A DNA stretch of 31,997 bases, taken from an uncultured Methanosarcinales archaeon. GTDB lineage: Archaea > Nanobdellota > Nanobdellia > Woesearchaeales > GW2011-AR9. The stretch covers positions 1 through 31,997 of the forward strand of contig CAYJVI010000002.1 in assembly GCA_964373595.1 (NCBI GenBank), in the 5' to 3' direction. Positions within the stretch are counted from its first letter, which is position 1, and the number at the start of each line of letters is the position of its first letter. A program made the translations under genes and the position numbers. Shown here piece by piece: positions 7,487 through 15,045 of the stretch. A model generated the notes under the pieces. The model saw only the letters and a list, made by a program, of their open reading frames with translations. It did no database searches and had not been told where the DNA came from.

Positions 7487-8471
7487 TCTCCAATCGAGCA
7501 AGCTCTTCTTCAGGCTTTGCCCTGGCTACCATCTGCACATTGAATTCTAACCGTGAGAAATACTCATTCCTCTTCACACTGCCCAATAATTTCAACTGCT
7601 CGCCCAGCAGATCAGCTTTCACATCCTCAAATCGCGCCGCATTCTCTTTATAGTCAGCAATTTCCTGTTCCGTTTTTTCCAGCAGATGATTGGTTTGATT
7701 CTTCCACAAGACGCTGCGAATATTTCCTGTTCCGTCATCTAACACCAGATTCATAACGTAGGACAGAGCCGGCTGGACTCCCCCGTGCTCTGCGCACTGA
7801 AATGCCCCTGCTGATTCCGTTACCCGCTTAGCGCACTGGGAGCAAACTGGAAAAAAACGCGGATCAAATACCTGCACTATCGTGCCTACAATCTCAACAT
7901 TAGCATCTCCTTCGCGCAGCCCCTCAATTTTCCTGCGCTCAAACGAAGTTCCTTCGCGCACTGAAGAGACTATTTCCCCTTCAGGATTTACGACCATGCT
8001 TCCCTGATTCCCTAAATGAATCTCCCGGTCATTATTATTGTTGTTTTCACGGACATAAGCATCTTTTACCAACAGGACATCTCCTTCAGCAACATGCCGC
8101 AGCGAATCTACCTGATCATTCCAAAATACCACCCGTACGGTGCCGGTATCATCGCCAAGAATAAGCGAACAAACTCTTCCGGTGCGGTCTTCCTTAGCAA
8201 ATTCCCGCACTTCAAATTTCCGCACCACTTTTCCCACGGTAGTGACATTGCGCATGCCTGCGTACACTTCCTTTATTTTCAGCTTGCGCTGACTAAGGCT
8301 AACCAGTTCAACCCCTAGTTCATTGGCGACAATATGGGCCGCTCCTTCCTCGCTTATTAAGCCGGAGAGCTCATTGATTTTTGCTTTCAGCCTTTGCTCT
8401 AATTCATCTGCAGCAATTTTGCCGCTGGCAAGAATTTTCTGCTTTATATCTGCTAAAGGAATTTTATACAT
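7476..8471 (-). CDS. rpa: Replication protein A (two OB folds + CxxC/CxxH Zn finger)
   Basis: Start at ATG 8471 (SD GGGGTG); LISEEGAAHIVANELG, LGDDTGTVRVVFW, PVCSQC...QCAEHG, LDDGTGNIR. Confidence 0.92.
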   Translation of the reverse strand: MYKIPLADIKQKILASGKIAADELEQRLKAKINELSGLISEEGAAHIVANELGVELVSLSQRKLKIKEVYAGMRNVTTVGKVVRKFEVREFAKEDRTGRVCSLILGDDTGTVRVVFWNDQVDSLRHVAEGDVLLVKDAYVRENNNNNDREIHLGNQGSMVVNPEGEIVSSVREGTSFERRKIEGLREGDANVEIVGTIVQVFDPRFFPVCSQCAKRVTESAGAFQCAEHGGVQPALSYVMNLVLDDGTGNIRSVLWKNQTNHLLEKTEQEIADYKENAARFEDVKADLLGEQLKLLGSVKRNEYFSRLEFNVQMVARAKPEEELARLENGR

Positions 8472-8542
8472 GACCACCACCCCGTGTCCTTTACATAAAG
8501 TACATTCTTTAAAATGATTTATATGGTTGAGCATATAACTCT

Positions 8543-9304
8543 TCATATGCTGATAAAATCGAGGCCAAACTTATAGCGGATCGGAACAAAGACGTTGTTT
8601 TCAAAAATGGCATAGCTATTAGGGCTTTCCACGCAGAAAGGAACTTTTCTTTGCTTTTCCACAAACCGTTCGCTTTCACAGCTGCTAAATTTCCAATATG
8701 GAGGTTTTACCTTATCTAAACAATCCTGAAGATTATCTGCTGATTTACATTCATCCACTAATTTCTTTGCTATTTCCTGCAGCTGGAAATACTCATCAAA
8801 ATTATAATTAAGGTTAACGCGGAAATGCAATTGCAGAGAATATTTGTTTGTTCCTGAACCAGAAATGATTGTAGTATTCCCTGCTTTTCCAACCAATTCA
8901 TTTCCCTGATGGGAAACAGCATAATTCTGGCCTGAGCCGTACTGTTCCTGAAATACTTTATTAAAGGCGATATTCACTTCTTTATCGACTTCCAAAAAAC
9001 AAAAGGTATCCCGATTATTCCAGTAATAAACATCATCTTCTGCGCCGCACCTGGAGCTTTCAGTGAATCCCCCTTTCTCTGCCAGCGATAGAATGACCTT
9101 ATTGCCCGCAAACAACGCCTGCTGATCAATGTTGACTAACTTTTCCTCGCCTTCAACATAATAATTGCGCAGAAAGTCCAGCTGCCATCCTCCTTTCACT
9201 TTCACCCCAATTTCAGCGTCATAGGCAATCCAGGCAAAAACTCCTACCGCTACCAGAATGCCCAAAGTGATCCAATGAAACAAGGCTCCTTTTTTTGATT
9301 TCAT
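8543..9304 (-). CDS. Class III signal peptide (pilin-like) protein, 253 aa
   Basis: MKSKKG/ALFHW followed by a hydrophobic helix; Cys-containing extracellular domain. Confidence 0.8.
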   Translation of the reverse strand: MKSKKGALFHWITLGILVAVGVFAWIAYDAEIGVKVKGGWQLDFLRNYYVEGEEKLVNIDQQALFAGNKVILSLAEKGGFTESSRCGAEDDVYYWNNRDTFCFLEVDKEVNIAFNKVFQEQYGSGQNYAVSHQGNELVGKAGNTTIISGSGTNKYSLQLHFRVNLNYNFDEYFQLQEIAKKLVDECKSADNLQDCLDKVKPPYWKFSSCESERFVEKQRKVPFCVESPNSYAIFENNVFVPIRYKFGLDFISI

Positions 9305-9305
9305 G

Positions 9306-9839
9306 TTAGGTAAATAACACCACGGTTATGGAAGGGATAACCTCCCCGGCATCATTAGACAGTACTGCTTCACTTTTTGTACCGCCGCCAAAAACGACAT
9401 TGCTGTAGGAAAACAACGGTTCCTTCCCCTGAGCATAGGCTGCTGAATCATAAACAGCAACTCCCCCTTCCAGATTATTCTTCTCGAAGTATTCTCTCAC
9501 TTTTTCTTGGAATAAACTTTCCTGGTTAGTATTGGCGGCAATTAACAGAACAGTTTTCATGGCAGCCGCTCTTTCTTCTACCGAGGAAGGGTAGTTTAAG
9601 AAATGCAGCAAGGCGGCGTCATTTTTATATGAATCCACATGAGCGATGGTTGCTTCCTTTTTTGTTTCCACATCAGTATTGAAAATTGCGCTTACAAATA
9701 AAAACATGAACAGGAGAGCGATAGAAGTAAATACCAAATCAAAAAAATCGTCCATCATCCCTTTTTTTCCTTTAGGGAAAAAAGTAAAAAAATTGTTTTC
9801 ACAATTTTGTCTGACTTTTTTATTTTTAATAAAGAGCAT
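9306..9839 (-). CDS. Class III signal peptide (pilin-like) protein with long leader, 177 aa
   Basis: Start at ATG 9839, 1 nt after the upstream stop; leader ends KGKKG/MMDDFFDLVF, then a hydrophobic helix. Confidence 0.75.
   Translation of the reverse strand: MLFIKNKKVRQNCENNFFTFFPKGKKGMMDDFFDLVFTSIALLFMFLFVSAIFNTDVETKKEATIAHVDSYKNDAALLHFLNYPSSVEERAAAMKTVLLIAANTNQESLFQEKVREYFEKNNLEGGVAVYDSAAYAQGKEPLFSYSNVVFGGGTKSEAVLSNDAGEVIPSITVVLFT
9778..9821 (-). repeat. Imperfect inverted repeat/hairpin with GAAA tetraloop inside a prepilin leader
   Basis: Minus strand AAAAAAGT-cagac-AAAATTGT-GAAA-ACAATTTT-ttt-ACTTTTTT. Confidence 0.7.
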
Positions 9840-9840
9840 T

Positions 9841-10329
9841 TTATACCCTCGTCTGCACCCGAATGACCATCCGTGTCGGCTCCAGCTTAGTTCCCACCCG
9901 CACATACACCTTTTTATACAACGTAAAATCAACCTTGTTGAAAAAATTATTGGTCAATAACAGTTTCTTCTCACCGTCCACCACCGGAGCATATCCTTCC
10001 AATTCCAGAGCAAAATTATAATCCTTAAACCCTTTTTCTGTCCCGGTGCGATAGCATTTGTCCAGCCGTTCCTGAGTAAATTTATTCACTTCAATCACTC
10101 CGGGAAAAATTCTTCCGGTGACGGGATCCTGATAGGTGAAACATTCCGGCGCATTGACAAAGCGCAGGCTGATTAGTTCAGCGCGCAGTTCTTGAGGAAC
10201 ATCGACTAACTTCCGCTGGTAACCGGACATCATCAGCGCAAAGGCTAGTATGGTGACGGTAATAAGCACTCCGACGATCATCCAATAAATCTGCTTCCGC
10301 GCTAATTCAAATACGCTGTCTTCACTCAT
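9841..10329 (-). CDS. Single-TM pilin-locus protein without a basic class III motif, 162 aa
   Basis: N-terminal TM IYWMIVGVLITVTILAFALMM; ATGA overlap with the upstream gene. Confidence 0.75.
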   Translation of the reverse strand: MSEDSVFELARKQIYWMIVGVLITVTILAFALMMSGYQRKLVDVPQELRAELISLRFVNAPECFTYQDPVTGRIFPGVIEVNKFTQERLDKCYRTGTEKGFKDYNFALELEGYAPVVDGEKKLLLTNNFFNKVDFTLYKKVYVRVGTKLEPTRMVIRVQTRV

Positions 10330-10781
10330 GTTTGCACTCTCTTACACTCCCGCAGCACGATTTTATGTTTTTCTTTTTCCAGACAAAGGGCTTCTTTCCC
10401 TTCTACCGTCCCGAAAGCATCATATCCTTCCGGCAAAAAGAAATATCGGGTTACTCTTTTTTGCTCCCCTTCGTTTTTGATGAATACCGTAATAGAATCA
10501 GAGCTGAGAATGAAAGAGTATTGGGAAACATTTCCAGGATACTGAACCTGAGCCTCTCCTGGCGTCCCTACAAATGTATCGACCATCATCCTGATATCTT
10601 CCGCAAGATTTATTTTGTTCACTGTTTCGGAGCTGGCATAGGCTTCGGCAATCCGCAGGTAGCCGGCAATCACCAGAAGTACGACCAGAACTTCAAACAC
10701 CATCATCAGGGTGCTAACTGCTTTTTTGTTGTCCATGAAGTATGAACCAGAGAAAAATGCTTTTTTATTTTTCTCGTTCAT
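10326..10781 (-). CDS. Class III signal peptide (pilin-like) protein, 151 aa (alternative start 10736)
   Basis: GGTGGGGAG upstream of ATG 10781; leader MNEKNKKAFFSGSYFMDNKKA/VSTLMMVFEV, then a hydrophobic helix. Confidence 0.78.
   Translation of the reverse strand: MNEKNKKAFFSGSYFMDNKKAVSTLMMVFEVLVVLLVIAGYLRIAEAYASSETVNKINLAEDIRMMVDTFVGTPGEAQVQYPGNVSQYSFILSSDSITVFIKNEGEQKRVTRYFFLPEGYDAFGTVEGKEALCLEKEKHKIVLRECKRVQT
10742..10781 (-). repeat. 15-bp hairpin that starts at the start codon
   Basis: Minus strand ATGAAC-GAGAAAAAT-aaaaaagc-ATTTTTCTC-tg-GTTCAT. Confidence 0.75.
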
Positions 10782-11430
10782 TCTCCCCACCGTAATCACC
10801 TATCAGACGCACCGAATTTTCAAATTTAGTGAAATATAACACTGTTCTTCGCGGCAATTCGTAATAGCTTACGACTGTTGAATCTGAACCTCCCGCCAAG
10901 TTCCGCTCAATCATGAATCCATTGGAACAAATGTAAGAATGTACTGCATTGGGTTTTCCAATACTGCAAGTTTCCACTTCTAACTTGTAATCCAAATTAG
11001 TGCAAATGACGCGTTGAGGAATTACCGTTACTTTGTCGGACTCTGGTTCAAAATCAGATTTGCGAAAAAGACATAAACAATTCCTGGCATCATCGCATTG
11101 CCCTGGCTTCTGGAGATGGATAGTATAATCAGTATAAGGGGCTCTCGCATCAACTTTTACCAGAACTTCCCTATTCCCTTTCTCAAAATATACCGCGGCT
11201 GTTCCCTCGTCCATAATTAATAAAATGCTTTTTCTTGCACCTACTTCTCCTTTGACGGCAAAATCATTTAATTCTTTCACAAATCCCGTATAATTGTCCT
11301 TGGCCTGCTCGCTGGTTCTGAATAGAATCTTAGAAGTGACATAACAAGCCGGGGCAAAAATAATGATTGCTAAAATTACAGTAGTCAAAAACTGCACCAT
11401 GATGCCTCTTTTTGATTTCATATGCCACAT
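10765..11430 (-). CDS. Class III signal peptide (pilin-like) protein, ~221 aa, Cys-rich
   Basis: TAATG overlap with the upstream stop gives start 11430; MKSKRG/IMVQF, then a hydrophobic helix. Confidence 0.8.
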   Translation of the reverse strand: MWHMKSKRGIMVQFLTTVILAIIIFAPACYVTSKILFRTSEQAKDNYTGFVKELNDFAVKGEVGARKSILLIMDEGTAAVYFEKGNREVLVKVDARAPYTDYTIHLQKPGQCDDARNCLCLFRKSDFEPESDKVTVIPQRVICTNLDYKLEVETCSIGKPNAVHSYICSNGFMIERNLAGGSDSTVVSYYELPRRTVLYFTKFENSVRLIGDYGGENEREK

Positions 11431-12311
11431 TATGTTTTTGCCCATTCGCTCTTGACACATTTATACTTCTGGTTATTGATCAGTGCGGGGAATTCTTTTC
11501 CTTCATTGGCCTCTTTACATCCAAACCAAAAACCTTCATGGCAAATCAAAGATCCGTACTCCGGTTTTGATTTCCATTTCCAAAGAAAGAGATTCTTGGG
11601 ATCGTCTTCTTTGTCGCGGGAAAAGTAATTGTTGGTTATATCTGCGCTGAGATCACTAAATTCTTTCGCTGAAATAATCTTTCCGTCATCAACTTTAGCC
11701 TGGCCGCAATCATTGGCCTCAAAATCGTCATCCTCACTGGCCATAACCCAACACCCATTTTTAATGGTAGAATCATAGTTAAACTCATCGCCATCGCAGT
11801 CGTTATCTTCGGTTGGACATTCCTGGCCTACCCAGTTAGCGCAAGCTAAACGTATCTCGGCATTCGCTGAATCAGCGCTGCCATCATCACCGCCAAATAT
11901 TTCCAGAGAACGATAATGCTTAAACTCCTGCATTGCTTTTTGTTCTTCGGTCAACGGTTTGGCTTCTTTCTTTTCTCCGGTAGGGACTTCTAACACTCCG
12001 CAGCCGGTGTCAGTATTGTACTGCTGCCTGTCCAATTTTTTCTGATCTTCTGTAAAACCTGCAGGACAGCCGTCGTTGATAAATTCTCCTGAGGTGCAGG
12101 GGCATCCGGTCTTTACTTCTATCCCGTCAACGATGCCGTCTTTATCAGAATCCTGTTTGAGCCCGGTCTGCTGTCCTCCCAAGATTCCGCCAATGTCAAA
12201 TACCTTAAAAACGAGAGCAAAAATGATTATAAATACCACTACCACGGCTAAAACTAAGGTCATTAATTTTTGCGCCTGTCCTTTTTTATTTTTCTGAATC
12301 AACAACACCAT
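11430..12311 (-). CDS. Class III signal peptide protein, 293 aa, acidic Cys-rich, with a DxDxDG Ca-binding-like motif
   Basis: NKKG/QAQKL + hydrophobic helix; DSDKDGIVDGIE; SD GGAG. Confidence 0.8.
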   Translation of the reverse strand: MVLLIQKNKKGQAQKLMTLVLAVVVVFIIIFALVFKVFDIGGILGGQQTGLKQDSDKDGIVDGIEVKTGCPCTSGEFINDGCPAGFTEDQKKLDRQQYNTDTGCGVLEVPTGEKKEAKPLTEEQKAMQEFKHYRSLEIFGGDDGSADSANAEIRLACANWVGQECPTEDNDCDGDEFNYDSTIKNGCWVMASEDDDFEANDCGQAKVDDGKIISAKEFSDLSADITNNYFSRDKEDDPKNLFLWKWKSKPEYGSLICHEGFWFGCKEANEGKEFPALINNQKYKCVKSEWAKT

Positions 12312-12316
12312 CTCCT

Positions 12317-13213
12317 CTATTCACCGGCAATATCGCCCGAACCGCACATTTCCTGCCCTACTTCTAAAAATCCGAAGTAAATGGAACTCACATCTCGTTC
12401 ATTATACGCTGTAGCCATGTTCTTATTGTAATCTGCGCTAGTTAAATAAGCTTCTGATGCTTCGGCTTGTAGTCCTCCGGCTATCCCCATAACAATGATG
12501 CCGTGAACTCCCAGAGGGGGGAAAAGAATTCCTACCACCGCTCCCGCAAATGCGCCCGTCCAGAAAGTACTTTGTTCTTTATTCTTCGGCATCATGGAGA
12601 TAGTGTAAGCATGATTTGGGAATATCTGCGGCGCGGTAAACACTACATTTCCTGGACCGCCATAGCCTTGGATGTAGTCAAGATAACTTACATTGGCTTT
12701 GCTGTATTTTTCCTTGCGTAAAAATTCATTAATTTCATCAGCTTGAATCGGGCCGCCTTTAATTTCATCTTCGTCTATTAAAATAGTGTAGCAATTGAAA
12801 CAATCATTCCGGCCTAAACTTTCCATTGACAACACTTTAAAAAGGCCTTCGGTGCCAACATTATCTAAAATCTCTTCATACCTTCCTTCGCCAAACATCC
12901 ACCAGCAGGCAGCCATTTTATCGGCAACCTGCCGCAATATCTGCTCCCGATCTCCAGAAACCTTTTTGTCAATAGTTCTGCATAAAGGAGGCACTAATTT
13001 TGCTTCAAAGCCGGTAGTTTCACCTATTTGCAGCGCGCTTCTTGCCCGGAGAGCGATACTGTTCTGGCACAACAATTCCGCTTCCTTGTCGCTGCTTTTG
13101 GCAGTAAACCGCACCAATACTCCAGCGATTAAGAAAAATGCAATGAGGGTAATCATGGTGCCGACGATAAATGCGGCCGCATCTCCTCTTTTTGATTTCA
13201 TTTTTATGGACAT
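12317..13213 (-). CDS. Class III signal peptide protein, ~298 aa, with a second Gly-rich hydrophobic segment (start may be 13201)
   Basis: MKSKRG/DAAAFIVG + hydrophobic helix; C-terminal WTGAFAGAVVGILFPPLGVHGIIVMGIAGG. Confidence 0.8.
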   Translation of the reverse strand: MSIKMKSKRGDAAAFIVGTMITLIAFFLIAGVLVRFTAKSSDKEAELLCQNSIALRARSALQIGETTGFEAKLVPPLCRTIDKKVSGDREQILRQVADKMAACWWMFGEGRYEEILDNVGTEGLFKVLSMESLGRNDCFNCYTILIDEDEIKGGPIQADEINEFLRKEKYSKANVSYLDYIQGYGGPGNVVFTAPQIFPNHAYTISMMPKNKEQSTFWTGAFAGAVVGILFPPLGVHGIIVMGIAGGLQAEASEAYLTSADYNKNMATAYNERDVSSIYFGFLEVGQEMCGSGDIAGE

Positions 13214-13983
13214 AGTTTTAACTTTCCTTCCGTAATTCTTTGAGGAATTGAATTTTTTTGCTCTTCCGTAAAATAATCGTTGTCTATACCGCCGTTGTCA
13301 AAATCGCTGACATCGTTGGTAGGGAAAAAGCAAACATTCTGGCCGTCCGGCGTAAACAGCCAGCCCTTATCTTCCAGTTTGTTTACAATCTTGGCATCAG
13401 CTGCGCTGATGCGATTTCCATTAAATCTTTGCGTGCTGTAAAAAATGGTTATCGAATTAACCCCGCGATAATAGGGATGAATCAAGTTCTCTTTGCCGCT
13501 GATAAAATAATCGAAGAAATTCTTGCTCTCGCCAAAAGTGCCGGCAATGACGCAGGGCTTCATGCCAGGAAATTCCGGATATAAAGGAGTAATGATTTGC
13601 CCTCCACCGGCGCCTCCCAAAACTGTCAAGGCAGTCTTATCGCCTTTCAATTCGAAGGCAAGAGACGTTCCTTGTTCTCCCAAATCGGAAAAACCCCCAT
13701 AGTTGGCAAAACAATTTTCTTTTCCTTTGCCGAGCATACTCTTCACAGCAGCCGATAATTTTTCAATCTCTTTTTTATGGACATCAGGAATGGAAACATC
13801 TGCTTTCTGCTCTTCTAATCCAACCTTGACGGTAGGCAGAACTTTCTCTGAAAACGCTATGGTGCCCAACACCGCATCTTTCAGATCTTCCCAGGCTCCA
13901 GATTGGCCAAAAAGAATAACGATGACGACGATTAAAAGAACCAGGGGAATGATGTAAAAAACAATTCTGGTTGCTGCTCCCAT
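13204..13983 (-). CDS. N-terminally anchored pilin-locus protein, 259 aa, no basic motif
   Basis: MGAATRIVFYIIPLVLLIVVIVILFG; begins 1 nt after the upstream micro-pilin stop. Confidence 0.75.
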   Translation of the reverse strand: MGAATRIVFYIIPLVLLIVVIVILFGQSGAWEDLKDAVLGTIAFSEKVLPTVKVGLEEQKADVSIPDVHKKEIEKLSAAVKSMLGKGKENCFANYGGFSDLGEQGTSLAFELKGDKTALTVLGGAGGGQIITPLYPEFPGMKPCVIAGTFGESKNFFDYFISGKENLIHPYYRGVNSITIFYSTQRFNGNRISAADAKIVNKLEDKGWLFTPDGQNVCFFPTNDVSDFDNGGIDNDYFTEEQKNSIPQRITEGKLKLCP

Positions 13984-13984
13984 G

Positions 13985-14131
13985 TTAAAATAGATTCACA
14001 AGTTTTTGCATCAATCCCTCACCCTGCCCGCTGAGAACCAAAAACAAAGCCCCGGCAGCAAGCAAGAAAATAATCAGAATGATTAACTTAACTATAAACT
14101 CCAGCTCCATTCCTTTTTTTGTCGATAACAT
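13985..14131 (-). CDS. Micro-pilin, 48 aa (absent from the ORF track)
   Basis: Translated by hand: MLSTKKG/MELEFIVKLIILIIFLLAAGALFLVLSGQGEGLMQKLVNLF; fills the gap between coupled neighbours. Confidence 0.8.
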   Translation of the reverse strand: MLSTKKGMELEFIVKLIILIIFLLAAGALFLVLSGQGEGLMQKLVNLF

Positions 14132-14137
14132 CTGCTC

Positions 14138-14266
14138 TCACGGTGCTAACATCCCAAATTTCTTATTCACGCCCAGGGCAAACAGCAAAAACAAGATGAT
14201 AGCAAGGAGGATGACCGCTATCAAAACAACTGTGCTCTTGCCTATTGCTTTTGTATTCCCTATCAT
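14138..14266 (-). CDS. Micro-pilin-like membrane peptide, 42 aa (absent from the ORF track)
   Basis: Translated by hand: MIGNTKA/IGKSTVVLIAVILLAIILFLLFALGVNKKFGMLAP; ATGA overlap with the upstream stop at 14263. Confidence 0.7.
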   Translation of the reverse strand: MIGNTKAIGKSTVVLIAVILLAIILFLLFALGVNKKFGMLAP

Positions 14267-14511
14267 GAGGGTACTTGCTTCTTGACCGCGAAGCAGCATT
14301 CCTGCTCAGCCGGGCATTCAAATGCCCCAGTGACTGAACCTTGGCACGTTTCTTTAGGAACACATTTGCCCAATTTACTTTCGCATTCCAACAATCCGAT
14401 GGCAACTTTCTCCGTTCCCCGGCCAAAAAAAACCAGCAGCACTACTAACACTATCATCGCCAACACTGCGCCTATGATTACCCAAAACATATTAGCTTGA
14501 GCTTTCTTCAT
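14263..14511 (-). CDS. Small pilin-like protein, 82 aa, with a 6-Cys C-terminal mini-domain
   Basis: Start at ATG 14511, 5 nt after the upstream stop; MKKA/QANMFWVIIG; C-x6-C-x5-C-x9-C-x5-CC. Confidence 0.82.
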   Translation of the reverse strand: MKKAQANMFWVIIGAVLAMIVLVVLLVFFGRGTEKVAIGLLECESKLGKCVPKETCQGSVTGAFECPAEQECCFAVKKQVPS

Positions 14512-14516
14512 CCTGC

Positions 14517-14870
14517 TTATGACCACGCACATCCAGATTCAGATTCGCAAGACTCCTTGGTATCGCTAAACTCCTTACATCGATCAATTTCACTCCTAAA
14601 GCTTGATCGCGCTGCATCCCGCCCTTCTTCTGAAGCTACTCGGTCGTACTCGCTTACAAAAGTATCTTCAAACGATGCTCCCGGCCTGCACTTGCCATAA
14701 AAAATGCGCATCTTGAATAATTCCGTCTTGGTTTCTTCGCTGACCTTCTGCCCAAACCGAGTAGTCTGCTGGGTAAATATAACTACCAGCACGACAAGAA
14801 CAATTAAGGCTAAAGCAGCCACAATGATAACATTTACCGAAAGACCCTGACCTCTCTTAGATAATGCCAT
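14517..14870 (-). CDS. Class III signal peptide pilin, 117 aa; first gene of a sub-operon, candidate abundant/major pilin
   Basis: MALSKRG/QGLSVNVIIVAALALIVLVVLVVIF; SD GAGGTG; own promoter upstream. Confidence 0.83.
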   Translation of the reverse strand: MALSKRGQGLSVNVIIVAALALIVLVVLVVIFTQQTTRFGQKVSEETKTELFKMRIFYGKCRPGASFEDTFVSEYDRVASEEGRDAARSSFRSEIDRCKEFSDTKESCESESGCAWS

Positions 14871-14934
14871 TCTTCTACACCTCGTTTTTGAATATTATAG
14901 CCAAACTTACTTTGAATTCAAGAAAGAAAATCTC

Positions 14935-14947
14935 TATATAAATGTTG
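14935..14947 (-). promoter_or_regulatory. BRE/TATA-like promoter CAACATTTATATA for the 14870->8543 pilin block
   Basis: TTTATATA box; same upstream CAACA context as the promoter at 25361-25373. Confidence 0.6.
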
Positions 14948-14979
14948 CTGTGAGATACGAAAAATAAAATGTAACCCGC

Positions 14980-15019
14980 ATAGTTATAACTGCTTAATTA
15001 TAGAAAAACTTATAACTAT
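14980..15019. promoter_or_regulatory. 10-bp inverted repeat ATAGTTATAA-N20-TTATAACTAT overlapping the ATPase gene TATA box
   Basis: Arms at 14980-14989 and 15010-15019; GAAAAAC-TTATAA lies ~30 nt before the ATG at 15046. Confidence 0.5.
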
Positions 15020-15045
15020 CGTGGCGTAACTAAAGCTCATTTAGT

